Source: an uncultured Gemmatimonadaceae bacterium
GTDB lineage: Bacteria > Gemmatimonadota > Gemmatimonadetes > Gemmatimonadales > Gemmatimonadaceae
Reading direction: 5' to 3'
DNA length: 64,000 bases
Assembly (NCBI GenBank): GCA_963761305.1
Contig: CAVXGK010000001.1
Coordinates: forward strand, 1,376,001-1,440,000
Numbering within the stretch: the first letter of the stretch is position 1; the number at the start of each line of letters is the position of its first letter. A program made the translations under genes and the position numbers. The notes under the pieces are model-generated. The model did not search any database. It was not told the DNA's origin and saw nothing but the letters and a program-made list of their open reading frames with translations. Shown here one piece after another: positions 18,708-29,424 of this stretch.

Positions 18708-20561
18708 ATGCCCCCGCTCGTCCACCTCGCCGTGGCTCAACTCAAGCCGCGGAAAGGCGATTACCACGGCAATCTCGAGCGGCTGCGAGCGGTGTTCGCC
18801 CAAGTCGACCAGCTCCGGCCTCGACCAACCGTGCTCTGCTTGGCCGAGAGCGCCTTGACCGGGTATTTCCTCGAGGGCGGCGTTCGCGACAACGCCGTCA
18901 CCGCGGGCACGCTTGCCGCCGATCTCGACGCCGTGTATCGAAGCGCCGTCACATCGCCAGTGGCCCCCCCGCTCGACGTGACGCTTGGCTTCTACGAAGT
19001 ATGGAACAACAAGCTCTACAACAGTGCGATGTACGTCACACTCGGCGCGGGCGAGCCGAAGATTCTGCACGTGCACCGAAAGGTTTTCCTTCCGACGTAC
19101 GGCTTGTTCGACGAGGAGCGCTTCGTTGAGCGCGGGCGCGAGGTTCGCTCGTTCGACACATCGTTCGGCCGCGCGGCGCTGCTCGTCTGCGAGGACGCCT
19201 GGCATAGTCTGACGGCGACGATCGCGGCGCTCGACGGTGCGCAGATCATCTTCGTCTGTGCCGCGGCGCCGGCCCGCGGCGCGCAGCCCAAGGGCGACTC
19301 GGTTCCCGGCCCGGCCAGCGTGAGCCGCTGGGACCGGTTGATTCGCGACATCGCGGACGAGCACGGCGTGTTCGTCTCGCTGTCGTGCCTCGTGGGCAGC
19401 GAAGGCGGAAAGGTTTTTCCTGGCGGCTCGTTGGTAGCGGGCCCGTCTGGCGACATCCGGGCGCGGGCACCGCTGTGGGACGAGTCGGTCCTCTCGGTCG
19501 GCGTCGATCTCGCCGACTGCACGCGAGCGCGAACCGACATGCCGCTCATCGCCGACCTCGAGACGATGGTGCCGCATCTCAAGCGCAGCATCGACGACGT
19601 GTTGGCTCGAACGCCGGCGACGCTCGAGTACGATGCGGCCGCCGCTCATCCCGACGCGTCAGGCCGACGCGAAACACCAGCCGGCGGTGAAAGCAAATCG
19701 AGCGGCGAGCTGCCGATCGTGAGCGTCGGCGCGACGAGCCACGAACCGCCGGCTCCGCTGGCGATCGACGGCGCGCTCACCGAGCAGTGGCTCGTCCACT
19801 TCATTCGCGACGAGATGGAGCGGCGGCATTTCACGCGCGCCGTCGTCGGTGTCTCGGGCGGTGTCGACTCGGCGGTCACGGCGTACCTCGCGGCCCGTGC
19901 GCTCGGACCCAAGAACGTGATCGGCGTGCGCATGCCGTATCGCTCGTCGAGTCGAGAGAGTCTCGACCACGCGCAACTGGTGATCGACGCGCTCGGCATC
20001 GAGTCGCGAACGATCGACATCACGCCGGCGGTGGACGGCTACCTGTGTCACGAACCCGACGCCGACGGCGGGCGGCGCGGCAACGTGATGGCCCGCATGC
20101 GCATGATCACCCTGTTCGATCTCGCCGCGAAACACCAGGCGCTTCCGCTCGGCACCGGCAACAAGACCGAACGGCTCTTCGGCTACTTCACCTGGCACGC
20201 CGACGATTCACCGCCCATCAATCCGCTCGGTGATCTGTTCAAGACCCAAGTGTGGGCGCTCGCCAAGCACCTCGGCGTGCCCGAGGTGATCGTCGAAAAA
20301 CCGCCGACGGCGGATCTCGTCGTCGGACAGACCGACGAAGGCGACTTTGGCATCAGCTACAAGAAGGCCGACGAGATTCTGAATTGGCTCGTCGCCGGAT
20401 TTCAGCCGGACGAGCTGATCGCGCGCGGCTTTGACGCCAAAGAGGTTGAGATCGTGCGTCGCCGCGTGGCCAGCACACACTGGAAGCGGCGCTTGCCGAC
20501 GGTGGCGATGCTCAGCCCGACCGCGATCGGCGAGTCTTATCTGCGGCCCGTCGACTACTAG
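18708..20561 (+). CDS. nadE: Glutamine-dependent NAD+ synthetase
   Basis: Nitrilase-fold domain (E, HRK.FLPTY, VCEDAW) plus synthetase domain SGGVDS, GN.MAR.RM, GTGNKTE, KPPTADL. ATG 18708. Confidence 0.93.
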   Translation: MPPLVHLAVAQLKPRKGDYHGNLERLRAVFAQVDQLRPRPTVLCLAESALTGYFLEGGVRDNAVTAGTLAADLDAVYRSAVTSPVAPPLDVTLGFYEVWNNKLYNSAMYVTLGAGEPKILHVHRKVFLPTYGLFDEERFVERGREVRSFDTSFGRAALLVCEDAWHSLTATIAALDGAQIIFVCAAAPARGAQPKGDSVPGPASVSRWDRLIRDIADEHGVFVSLSCLVGSEGGKVFPGGSLVAGPSGDIRARAPLWDESVLSVGVDLADCTRARTDMPLIADLETMVPHLKRSIDDVLARTPATLEYDAAAAHPDASGRRETPAGGESKSSGELPIVSVGATSHEPPAPLAIDGALTEQWLVHFIRDEMERRHFTRAVVGVSGGVDSAVTAYLAARALGPKNVIGVRMPYRSSSRESLDHAQLVIDALGIESRTIDITPAVDGYLCHEPDADGGRRGNVMARMRMITLFDLAAKHQALPLGTGNKTERLFGYFTWHADDSPPINPLGDLFKTQVWALAKHLGVPEVIVEKPPTADLVVGQTDEGDFGISYKKADEILNWLVAGFQPDELIARGFDAKEVEIVRRRVASTHWKRRLPTVAMLSPTAIGESYLRPVDY

Positions 20562-21038
20562 CTACGCCGCCAAGGCGAGACTCACCGCACGCTTGGCGCA
20601 CCGCTTGAGGGCTCGATGCACGGCGCGCGCGTGCGCGATGAAATTGAGTCCGGCCCACGGGTGCCGCGAAAAGAATTCCGTCGGCAGCAGGTCGCCCTTC
20701 AACCGATTGCAGCGGCCGCACGCGAGGACGACGTTGCCCGGGACATGAGCGCCTCCGTGCGCGAGCGGATGCACGTGGTCGAGCGTGGCGACGTCGAAAT
20801 CGAGCAGCGACCCGCAGTAGACGCAGCGGTGGTCGCAATCGCGCATCGCCGCGTGCTTGATCGCGCGCTTGAGGCGGCCCGACGGAACGCTGTTTCGGGG
20901 GCGCGATCCGCGCGCCGAGCGCGGGAGTCGAGGCAGGGAGACATGGTCGACCTGCCCGCGGCTGCGCCGTGCCGAGCTAGTCGTCGGTACTGCGTGGTTC
21001 CTTCGACTCGGAGAACGACTCAGGAAGAACCTCTCCAT
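20562..21038 (-). CDS. HNH endonuclease domain protein (start uncertain)
   Basis: RD...CVYCG...TLDHVHP...GG....NVVLACGRCNRLKG. Confidence 0.8.
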   Translation of the reverse strand: MERFFLSRSPSRRNHAVPTTSSARRSRGQVDHVSLPRLPRSARGSRPRNSVPSGRLKRAIKHAAMRDCDHRCVYCGSLLDFDVATLDHVHPLAHGGAHVPGNVVLACGRCNRLKGDLLPTEFFSRHPWAGLNFIAHARAVHRALKRCAKRAVSLALAA

Positions 21039-21657
21039 GCGCGCCTTCTCGCAGTCCCCGACCGTCCGCTTGGGACGTGTTCCCACGAACGCGGTTCTCG
21101 CCGGCGCGCTCCGAACCCGATCTCATTGGCCCTGACTCCTCGAATACCGGAATCGCAACACTTCGTTCCATCGCCGCCGCTGTGACCGGATCGCGAAGCG
21201 CCGCGATGATGCGGGCCGCGTAGGCGTCGAGGATCGTTCGGTCGGGCATGGCCGACCCGCCGAACGGCAAGGGAATGTCGAATCCGTCGCCATGGCGGCG
21301 CGGAATGATGTGCACGTGGTAGTGCGGCTCGTCCTGGCCGGCCTCGATGCCGCTGTTGACGACGATGTTGAGCGAGTCGGTGCCGGAGACCCGGCGAATG
21401 GCCGACCCCAGATCCATCGTGACCCTGAACAGGTGCAGCGCCAGGTCGCGTGGAATGTCGGCCACCGACTCGTAGTGCTCCCGCGGCACGACCAGCACGT
21501 GGCCGTTGTTCACCGGCTGCACGTCCATGAAGGCGATCGCCCGGGAATCCTCGTGGCAGATCGATACTTCGGCCGCGCCATGGATCATGTCACAAAACGT
21601 GCAATGCGCGATTCGCCGTTTGATCATCGCTGTCTCGAGATGTGTCTGCTCGTCCAT
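20977..21657 (-). CDS. HIT family hydrolase
   Basis: CTFC, AFMDVQP, GHVLVVP, and the histidine triad HYHVHIIPR. It is the 3' part of ORF 20977..22647. Confidence 0.88.
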   Translation of the reverse strand: MDEQTHLETAMIKRRIAHCTFCDMIHGAAEVSICHEDSRAIAFMDVQPVNNGHVLVVPREHYESVADIPRDLALHLFRVTMDLGSAIRRVSGTDSLNIVVNSGIEAGQDEPHYHVHIIPRRHGDGFDIPLPFGGSAMPDRTILDAYAARIIAALRDPVTAAAMERSVAIPVFEESGPMRSGSERAGENRVRGNTSQADGRGLREGAHGEVLPESFSESKEPRSTDD

Positions 21658-21744
21658 AGCGCAGATCGAGTGCCAGCGTTCCCGCCCCGCGGCTCGCGCG
21701 CGCGACGCCTCTCCTAAAGCCACACCGGCGCTTATTTTCCGGGC

Positions 21745-23850
21745 ATGGCCACTACGACGAAAGCCGAGCGCAAGACCGCCGGATTGACCCGAGAGCAGTT
21801 GGTTGTTGCGTACCGCACCATGCTCCTGTCGCGTCGGCTCGACGACAAAGAGATACAGCTCAAGGGACAGAACAAGATTTTTTTCCAGATCTCGGGCGCC
21901 GGACACGAAGCCGTGCTGACCGCGGCCGGGTTCGTCTTCCGCCCGTCGTACGACTGGTTCTACACCTACTACCGGGACCGGGCGCTCTGTCTGATGCTCG
22001 GTATGACGGGTGAAGAGATGTTGCTCTCCGCCGTCGGCGCGGAGAACGACCCCAACTCCGGTGGCCGCCAGATGCCGAGCCACTGGGGGCACAAGAAGCT
22101 CAACATCGTGTCGAGCTCCTCGCCGACTGGCACGCAGTTCTTGCAGGCCGTCGGCAGCGCCGAAGCGGTGCTTCGCGCGAAACAGCTCGGTATGACCGAA
22201 GGTTTCGAGAAGGACGAAGTGGTATTCTGCTCCACCGGCGACGGCACCACCAGCGAAGGCGAGTTCTGGGAGTCGCTCAACAACGCGTCGAATCTCAAGC
22301 TGCCCATCGTCTATCTCGTCGAAGACAATGGCTACGCGATCTCGGTCCCCGTCGAGGTGAACACCGCGGGTGGCAGTATCTCGAAACTCGTTCGATCCTT
22401 CCCGGACCTGTACGTGGAAGAAGTCGACGGCTGCGATCTGATCGCGAGCTACCAGGCGCTCCAGCGCGCCGTGGAGCACGCGCGCACGCGGAAGGGCCCG
22501 TCCCTCGTGCACGCGCACGTCATTCGTCCGTACTCGCACTCGCTGTCCGATCAAGAGTCGAAGTATCGCCCGCCCGTCGAGCGCGACGCGGAAGCGGTTC
22601 GCGATCCGCTCGCGACCTTCCCGAAGTGGCTCGTCGCCGAAGGGCACGCAACGGAGGCGGAGCTCGCGAAGATCAAGGAAGAGGTCGACGCGGAGGTGCA
22701 GGCCGCGACCGACGTTGCCCTGGCCGCGCAGCAGCCGGGACCGGAGACTGTCGAGAAGTTCGTCTACTCGCCGGACGTCGACCCGACCAGCGAACAGTTC
22801 GACACCGAGGACGATCCGCAGTTCTCCGGCAACGAGACCACGATGGTGGATCTCCTGAACGCCTGCATGCGCGACGAAATGCGACGCGATCAGAAAATCC
22901 TCATCTTCGGCGAGGACGTCGCCGACGCCTCGCGCGAGGCCGCGCTCGAGACGTTGAAGGGCAAGGGCGGCGTCTTCACGGTCACGCTCGGCCTGCAGCG
23001 CGAGTTCGGCGCCTCACGCGTCTACAACACGCCGCTCGCCGAAGCGACGATCGTCGGGCGCGCCATCGGTCTGGCGATCCGCGGCTTCAAGCCCGTCGTC
23101 GAGATTCAGTTCTTCGACTATATCTGGCCGGCGTACATGCAGCTCCGCAACGAGATGGCGACGATGCGCTGGCGCTCGAACGGCGACTTCTCGGCGGCGG
23201 TCGTCGTGCGCACGACCTACGGCGGCTATATCCGCGGCGCCGTGTACCACTCGCAGACCGGCGCGTCGCTGTTCACGCACACGCCGGGCATTCGGGTCGT
23301 GTGTCCGGCCACGGCGCTCGACGCGAACGGGCTGCTCCGCACCGCCATTCGCTGCGACGACCCGGTGCTCTTCCTCGAGCACAAGCATCTCTACCGGCAG
23401 ACGTACAACAAGGCCGCGTATCCAGGCGCGAACTTCATGATCCCCTTCGGCAAGGCGAAGACGGTGCGCGAAGGGACCGACGTCACCATCGTGACGTACG
23501 GCGCGACGGTGCAGCGCGCATTCGCCGCGGCGAATCAGCTCGCCGACGACGGCCCGTCGGTCGAAGTCATCGACTTACGCACGCTCTCACCGTGGGACCA
23601 GGACGCGGTCTACGAGTCGGTGAAGAAGACGAATCGCGTGATCGTGCTCTACGAGGATTCTCTCTCGTGGGGCTTCGGCGCCGAGATCGCGGCGCGAATC
23701 GCCGACGATTGCTTCCCGTGGCTCGACGCGCCGGTCAAGCGCGTCGCGTCCGCCGACACGTTCGTCGGCTACGCGCCGCGCCTCGAGGACGCGATCCTAC
23801 CGCAGGTCGACGACATTAAGCGCGCCTGCGAGGAGATCCTTCGTTTCTGA
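21745..23850 (+). CDS. 2-oxoacid (probably branched-chain) dehydrogenase E1, fused alpha+beta subunits
   Basis: TPP-binding GDGTTSEG...[39 protein letters not shown]. Confidence 0.93.
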   Translation: MATTTKAERKTAGLTREQLVVAYRTMLLSRRLDDKEIQLKGQNKIFFQISGAGHEAVLTAAGFVFRPSYDWFYTYYRDRALCLMLGMTGEEMLLSAVGAENDPNSGGRQMPSHWGHKKLNIVSSSSPTGTQFLQAVGSAEAVLRAKQLGMTEGFEKDEVVFCSTGDGTTSEGEFWESLNNASNLKLPIVYLVEDNGYAISVPVEVNTAGGSISKLVRSFPDLYVEEVDGCDLIASYQALQRAVEHARTRKGPSLVHAHVIRPYSHSLSDQESKYRPPVERDAEAVRDPLATFPKWLVAEGHATEAELAKIKEEVDAEVQAATDVALAAQQPGPETVEKFVYSPDVDPTSEQFDTEDDPQFSGNETTMVDLLNACMRDEMRRDQKILIFGEDVADASREAALETLKGKGGVFTVTLGLQREFGASRVYNTPLAEATIVGRAIGLAIRGFKPVVEIQFFDYIWPAYMQLRNEMATMRWRSNGDFSAAVVVRTTYGGYIRGAVYHSQTGASLFTHTPGIRVVCPATALDANGLLRTAIRCDDPVLFLEHKHLYRQTYNKAAYPGANFMIPFGKAKTVREGTDVTIVTYGATVQRAFAAANQLADDGPSVEVIDLRTLSPWDQDAVYESVKKTNRVIVLYEDSLSWGFGAEIAARIADDCFPWLDAPVKRVASADTFVGYAPRLEDAILPQVDDIKRACEEILRF

Positions 23851-23866
23851 TCGGCGTCCGGTCGCG

Positions 23867-24748
23867 CTAGTGGTGTGATGGAAACGGCGACGCACCGCGC
23901 GTGTAGTCGCTCGGCACCACGAACAGGCTCTCGTTGATCGGCGAGTGCTTGAGGCTCGACAGCTCGGACCCGATGTCGAGGGTCATCGCCCCGGCACCAG
24001 TGTCCGAGTTCGACGTCGTCTTGGTGCGCACCGCGGTGCCGGACATCCGCCGCGTGATGGAATCCGACTTCGCGGCGAGATCCTTGAACGGTCCGAGCGA
24101 GGCGCCGCTGAGGCCCTGACTGCCGCCTCCGAGCTGGCCGGTCTGCTGAAGCGGACTCGCGGCGAGTCCCGGAATCGACGCCATCCAGTACTCGCTCGTC
24201 GCCGACGTCTTCATCTGCTGGCTCTGGCCCATCCCCTCGATCGACATCGTGTAGCTGACCGTCGTTCGGTAGTGGCGCGTGGGGAAGCCCGCGATCGTAT
24301 CCGTACCGGGCAGAATGTCGAGCGTCACCGCGACGCCGCCGATGGTGATCGACATGCCCATCGACTGCATTTGTTCGAGGGCCTTCGACGAGAAGTCCTT
24401 GGGGATCGGCACGAATTCCTTCTTGCTCGGGTGCACGACCGTCATGCCCGACGTGTCGAACAGGATGTAGTCGCCTTTTTCGCCGAGCGGCGGAATCGCG
24501 CCCTCGACGATGTCGATGCGCATCCGTTGCCCGATCTGGACTCCGTGCCCGGTGTAGCCCGGCGTCATGCCGGCGAGCATGGCGCCCATCGAGCCGCTCG
24601 CCGACATCGTGGTCTTGACGTCGAACTCGATCCCTTGGGATTGCTGCGCGTGAGCCTGGGCGATGAGCGGCGCCAGTGGCAGCGACGTCGCGCTGAGGGC
24701 GAGCCATGCTGCGGCGCAGGCCGGCGTGTGAAGGAATCGACGAATCAT
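23867..24748 (-). CDS. Secreted hypothetical protein (DUF4412-like beta protein)
   Basis: Signal peptide ending AHA|QQ, DTIAGFPTRHY and LFVVPSDY motifs, Met/Ser/Gly-rich. Confidence 0.6.
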   Translation of the reverse strand: MIRRFLHTPACAAAWLALSATSLPLAPLIAQAHAQQSQGIEFDVKTTMSASGSMGAMLAGMTPGYTGHGVQIGQRMRIDIVEGAIPPLGEKGDYILFDTSGMTVVHPSKKEFVPIPKDFSSKALEQMQSMGMSITIGGVAVTLDILPGTDTIAGFPTRHYRTTVSYTMSIEGMGQSQQMKTSATSEYWMASIPGLAASPLQQTGQLGGGSQGLSGASLGPFKDLAAKSDSITRRMSGTAVRTKTTSNSDTGAGAMTLDIGSELSSLKHSPINESLFVVPSDYTRGASPFPSHH

Positions 24749-24770
24749 GGCTGGCTCCACTCGGAAACGG

Positions 24771-26390
24771 TCAGTTGGACGAAAACAGGATGCGTCCGCC
24801 TACGACGGTCATCACCACGCGCGCGTCACCAATCGTCTCCGGCGCGACGCGCGTGATGTCGCGATCCAACATTACAAAGTCGGCAAGCGTCCCGCTCGCC
24901 AGCCGGCCCTTGTCCTTTTCGTCGAACGAAGCGAACGCGGCGTCAACGGTGTAGGCACGCAGCGCCTCCTCGACCGTGATCCGCTGTTCCGGGTGCCACC
25001 CGTCGGGCGAGGCCCCATCGAGCGTGCGCCGTGTCACGGCTGCGTAAATCCCCTCGAGCGGCGTCGGCGGGGCGACGAACCAGTCGCTGCCGAACGCCAG
25101 CCGGGCCCGGGCGTCGAGCAGCGATCGAAACGCGTACGTCCACTGCGCCCGCTCGGCGCCGATCACGCGCTCGGCCCATCGTCCGTCGTCGATCGTGTGA
25201 TAGGGCTGCATGCTCGCGATCACGCCGAGCGCGCCGAAACGCGGAACGTCCTCGGGCGTGAGGTGCTGCGCGTGCTCGATGCGGAACCGTCGATCCCGCG
25301 GTCCGTTCTCGCGCGCGACGCGCTCGAAGATGTCGAGCTGCGTGCGGATCGCGCGATCGCCGATCGCGTGCACGATCATATGAAGTCCGGCTTTGTCCGC
25401 CCCGGCGGTCCACCGGTACAGATCTTCAGGCGTATTGACGAAGAGGCCCGTGTCGTTCGGCGCGTCGGTGAACGGTTCGAGCATCGCGGCGGTGTGCGAT
25501 CCGAGTGATCCGTCGACGAATCCTTTGAGGGCGCCGATTTTCAGCCACGCGTCGCCGCGACTCTGTCCGCGCGAGGCCACCGTGTCGCGCAATCGTTCCC
25601 AGGTCGAGATCGGCACCGCCGCGTAGATGCGCGTCGCGAGCCGGCCCGCCGCGTGCGCGCGCTCGAACACGGCGAGATCGGCCCACGTCCCCATGTGATG
25701 CACAGACGTCACGCCGCGCTCGGCGACGTACCGCATCGCCGCGTCGAGCGCGCGATCTTCTCGTTCGGTCGACGCGTGCGGAATCGCGCGCGCGACGAGC
25801 GACTCGGCGTTGTCCTTGAAGATGCCGGTCGGATCGCCGTGCTCGTCGCGCACGATCGTGCCGCCGTCGACATCTGGAGTCGCACGCGTGACGCCCGCTG
25901 CCGCCAGCGCCGCGCCGTTCGCGAGCGACATGTGTCCGTCGAGGCGGCGAACCCACACGGGATGACTCGGCGTCGCGGCGTCGATCCAATCGCGGCGAGG
26001 CAGCTCGCCGCCCCACAGCTCGTGATTCCAGTCGCCGTGCGTGATCCACGTCCCCTGCGGAACCGTTGCCGCATACGCGGCGACGCGATCGACGAAGTCG
26101 CGCGGCGACTTCGCGTCGCGCAGTTGGACGGACGAGAGCCCGAATCCGCCCTCGAGAAAATGGATGTGCGAATCGACGAATCCCGGCACGATCATCATGC
26201 CGTGCGCGTCGATGATCCGGGTGTCGGCCGACGCGAGCTTTCGCATTTCGGCGCTGGATCCGATCGCGACGATGCGGTCGGCGGCGACCGCGAGGCCGTC
26301 CGCCCATGGCCGTCGCGGGTCGGCGGTCCAGGTGCGGGCGTTCACGACGGCGAGTGTCGTGGGAGCGGTGTCGGGGGGCGTGGAACGCAT
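24771..26390 (-). CDS. Amidohydrolase family 3 (YtcJ-like)
   Basis: PGFVDSHIH, DGH, KGFVDGSLGS, HAIGD, RIEHAQ, FGSDW. Confidence 0.92.
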   Translation of the reverse strand: MRSTPPDTAPTTLAVVNARTWTADPRRPWADGLAVAADRIVAIGSSAEMRKLASADTRIIDAHGMMIVPGFVDSHIHFLEGGFGLSSVQLRDAKSPRDFVDRVAAYAATVPQGTWITHGDWNHELWGGELPRRDWIDAATPSHPVWVRRLDGHMSLANGAALAAAGVTRATPDVDGGTIVRDEHGDPTGIFKDNAESLVARAIPHASTEREDRALDAAMRYVAERGVTSVHHMGTWADLAVFERAHAAGRLATRIYAAVPISTWERLRDTVASRGQSRGDAWLKIGALKGFVDGSLGSHTAAMLEPFTDAPNDTGLFVNTPEDLYRWTAGADKAGLHMIVHAIGDRAIRTQLDIFERVARENGPRDRRFRIEHAQHLTPEDVPRFGALGVIASMQPYHTIDDGRWAERVIGAERAQWTYAFRSLLDARARLAFGSDWFVAPPTPLEGIYAAVTRRTLDGASPDGWHPEQRITVEEALRAYTVDAAFASFDEKDKGRLASGTLADFVMLDRDITRVAPETIGDARVVMTVVGGRILFSSN

Positions 26391-26698
26391 CGCCTGTTCT
26401 TATCGGGACCAGACGAATTGCGCAACGCGCGCCCGGGAACCTGTTCGGTTCGCCCCATGTTGGTAGCGTTGCGGGCGCGTCGGACGCGGCTCGTCACGAG
26501 ACTCTCGCGAACAGCGGCGCGCATCGCCAGCATGAACGTGGAAAATCGTGCACCGTCATCCGGGACGTGATCCACCGTACAGTAGCTTGACACGTTGGGC
26601 GTGACGAGAAGCCCGGCTGCGGTTGTTAGTGGTATGTGGTGAGTGATGGTTCTCGGTTTCCAGCCGTTTCGCCCCTTCCCTCCCCGCCGTTCCATTCG

Positions 26699-28552
26699 AT
26701 GTTTCGCCGCCTCAGTTCCGCGCTCCTTCTGTTCTCCGCCTGGCTCGCCTTCTACATGGTCCAGGCGGCGATGGGGATCGCGCTCGCGCCGAACAGCGGC
26801 TTCGGCCGCGTTGGGTGGATCGAGATCGACGCAAGTGTCGCGCTGCTGTGGACGGCCCTCAGTGTGGTCATCGCGGCGTGGCACCTGCGCGCGCGTCGCA
26901 TGGCGCCGAATCTCTGGATGCTCGTGGCGCTCCACCTGCCGCTGTTTCTCGCAGCAGCCTGGCTCGATGCCGCGCTGGCGCGCTGGCTGATTCCATTGCT
27001 CAATCCGGCCGCGCAGTTGAATCCGATGTGGAGTCTGATCTCCTCGTACGCCGAGTTCGACGTCGTCAGCTACGCGGCGATCGTCGCCGTCGTCGAAACG
27101 CTGCTGGTGCGCCGCGCGCTCGCCGAACGACAGCGACACGCCATGCGACTCGAGCATTCTCTCACACGCGCGCGTCTCGACTACCTCGAGGCGCAGCTGC
27201 AACCGCACTTTCTCTTCAACTCGCTGGGGGCGGTTTCCGAACTGGCGTACGACGCGCCGGCGACCGCGTCGCTCGTACTCCAGCAACTCTCGGCCGTCTT
27301 TCGCACGGCGCTCGCGCAGCGCGTCGACGAAGTCACACTCGGCGACGAGCTCGTCGCGCTCGAACCGTATCTCGACATTCAGCGCGTACGATTCGCCGAC
27401 TGGCTCACCATCGAGTATCAGATCGACGACGCCGCGGTCGACTGTCTCGTGCCGCGCTTCATCCTGCAGCCGCTGGTCGAAAACGCGATTCGTCACGGCC
27501 TCGCCGGGCGCAGCGCCGCGGGGACGATTCGCATTCATGCGTCCGTCGACAACGACGATCTCGTGCTCCGCGTCTCCGACGACGGCGTCGGGCTCACCCG
27601 CGCGGCGCGGCCCGGCCGCGGCATCGGCCTCACCAACGTCCGCGAGCGGCTTTCCATCCTGTACGGCGACAATCGTCTTCGCCTGCACGACGGCCCAGCC
27701 GGAGTGACCGCCGAAGTGCGCGTGCCACGCGAACGGCGCGACGGGCGCCACACCGCAACCGAAATCGCCGATGCATCCGAACCGCGGTCTGACGCCGAGC
27801 CGGGCGCATTCGTGTCGATGCGCCTGCCGTCGTTCCTCTCGAGCCCGGCCGCGCGACTCGCGCTCGTGTGGACCGCCTGCGCGGGAGTGTGGATGCAGCA
27901 GAGCTACGTCTATCTGCTCGTCCGCCACCGGCTCGACGGCGCGAGCTGGCCGCCGCTCGCTCGGTTTGACGCGACGAACGCGTTCCTCTGGGCGCTGCTC
28001 ACGCCGCTCGTCTTGCGAACGATGAAGCGATTCCCGGTGCGTGGAGCCCGCGCCTGGCTGCACGCGCTCGGCCTCGTCGGCACGTGCGCGGCCGTCACCA
28101 TCGCGCACACCGAACTGCTGCGCGTGCTGACCGGACGGACCTCGCCGCTCTGGTCGTCGGCGTTCCTCTCCAATTTGATCGTGGACATCTGGATCTTCGC
28201 CGTGCTCGTCGTCGTCGCGCACCGCGCGATGCTCGCCGAGTGGCTGCGTCAGCGCGAAGCGGACACGTCGGCGCTCGAGACCGAGGTGGCGATCGCCCGG
28301 GATCGATCGGCCGAGTTGCGTCGCATTCCACCCATGCTCCTTCAGTCGCTCGACGGAATCGCCGCGACGGTGCGGCGCGATCCCGGCGCCACCGAGCGGC
28401 AACTTACCAGACTCGCCGATTACCTGCGCGTCGCCCTGGAGTGCGCCGACCCGTTGGGCGTCACGACCGAACGCCGACGCCGACTCGACGGCGCCGCAGC
28501 GGCGTTGCGCGAAAGCGGCGCCTTCGCTCCCGACCTCACGCGGACCGCCTGA
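26699..28552 (+). CDS. LytS-type membrane sensor histidine kinase with an extra degenerate C-terminal repeat
   Basis: TM region, H-box QLQPHFLFNSL, LQPLVENAIRHG, VSDDGVG, GIGLTNV, then a second TM block and a pseudo-H-box. Confidence 0.88.
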   Translation: MFRRLSSALLLFSAWLAFYMVQAAMGIALAPNSGFGRVGWIEIDASVALLWTALSVVIAAWHLRARRMAPNLWMLVALHLPLFLAAAWLDAALARWLIPLLNPAAQLNPMWSLISSYAEFDVVSYAAIVAVVETLLVRRALAERQRHAMRLEHSLTRARLDYLEAQLQPHFLFNSLGAVSELAYDAPATASLVLQQLSAVFRTALAQRVDEVTLGDELVALEPYLDIQRVRFADWLTIEYQIDDAAVDCLVPRFILQPLVENAIRHGLAGRSAAGTIRIHASVDNDDLVLRVSDDGVGLTRAARPGRGIGLTNVRERLSILYGDNRLRLHDGPAGVTAEVRVPRERRDGRHTATEIADASEPRSDAEPGAFVSMRLPSFLSSPAARLALVWTACAGVWMQQSYVYLLVRHRLDGASWPPLARFDATNAFLWALLTPLVLRTMKRFPVRGARAWLHALGLVGTCAAVTIAHTELLRVLTGRTSPLWSSAFLSNLIVDIWIFAVLVVVAHRAMLAEWLRQREADTSALETEVAIARDRSAELRRIPPMLLQSLDGIAATVRRDPGATERQLTRLADYLRVALECADPLGVTTERRRRLDGAAAALRESGAFAPDLTRTA

Positions 28553-28553
28553 C

Positions 28554-29363
28554 ATGTTCACTGCCATCGTAGCCGACGACGAAACGGTCGCCCGCCGCCG
28601 CGTCGTACGCCTCGCCGAAGAGACGGGAGAAGTCGAAGTCGTCGCGGCGTGCGCCGGCGGCCGCGAAACCGTCCAACAGGTCACCGCGCTCCAACCACAG
28701 TTGCTCTTCCTCGACGTGCAGATGCCGGATCTCGACGCGTTCGGCGTGCTCGAGGCCATCGCCGGCCGCGCGTCGCCGGCGATCGTCTTCGTCACCGCGT
28801 TCGACCGCTACGCGCTGCGCGCGTTCGAGGTGCAGGCGGTGGACTATCTGCTCAAACCGTTCGACACCGAGCGGTTTCGCGAGGCCTTCGCGCGCGCCAA
28901 GTCACGCGTCGCGTCGCGCCAGCCGAAGCGGGACGAAGAACGCCTGCGCGCGTTGATCGCCGAGTACCTGTCGACGCTGCAGACGAGCGCACCGAGCCAC
29001 CTCGATCGCGTGGCGATCAAGGTGGACGGCAGCCTGCGCGTCGTGCGCACGGCCGATGTCGACTACTGGGAGACGGACGGCAACTACGTGCGCCTCCACG
29101 TCGGCCCGACCGACCATCTGCTGCGGTCCACGTCGACGGCGATGGAAGCGCAGCTCGACCCCGGGCTGTTCATTCGGATTCATCGGCGCTACATCGTGAA
29201 CGTGGATCGTATCGTCGAGGTGCAGCCGTGGTTCGCCGGTGACGCGATCGCGGTGCTGCGCGGCGGCGTCAAGCTGCGCGTGTCGCGCACCTATCGCGAA
29301 CGCCTTCACACGCGGCTCGGGGCGCGTCCGGATCCCGCGGCCGAAGCCGAAGCGACCGCTTGA
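28554..29363 (+). CDS. LytTR-family response regulator
   Basis: ADDE, FLDVQMP, FVTAFD, YLLKP, and LytTR motif FIRIHRRYIVN. Confidence 0.95.
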   Translation: MFTAIVADDETVARRRVVRLAEETGEVEVVAACAGGRETVQQVTALQPQLLFLDVQMPDLDAFGVLEAIAGRASPAIVFVTAFDRYALRAFEVQAVDYLLKPFDTERFREAFARAKSRVASRQPKRDEERLRALIAEYLSTLQTSAPSHLDRVAIKVDGSLRVVRTADVDYWETDGNYVRLHVGPTDHLLRSTSTAMEAQLDPGLFIRIHRRYIVNVDRIVEVQPWFAGDAIAVLRGGVKLRVSRTYRERLHTRLGARPDPAAEAEATA

Positions 29364-29424
29364 GGCGATTCTAGAAGCCTGAAGCGCTGCGGAGCCCGTG
29401 GGCCAGTGGTAGCTTTCGCGCCAC

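Noticed and set aside
20562..21038. HNH gene as a mobile homing endonuclease or defence system
   Set aside because: No intron, intein, terminal repeats or composition shift. It sits as a short stand-alone gene among housekeeping genes.
29364..29424. yybP-ykoY manganese riboswitch ahead of the TerC/Alx gene
   Set aside because: Only about 60 nt of intergenic space, with no recognisable conserved elements.
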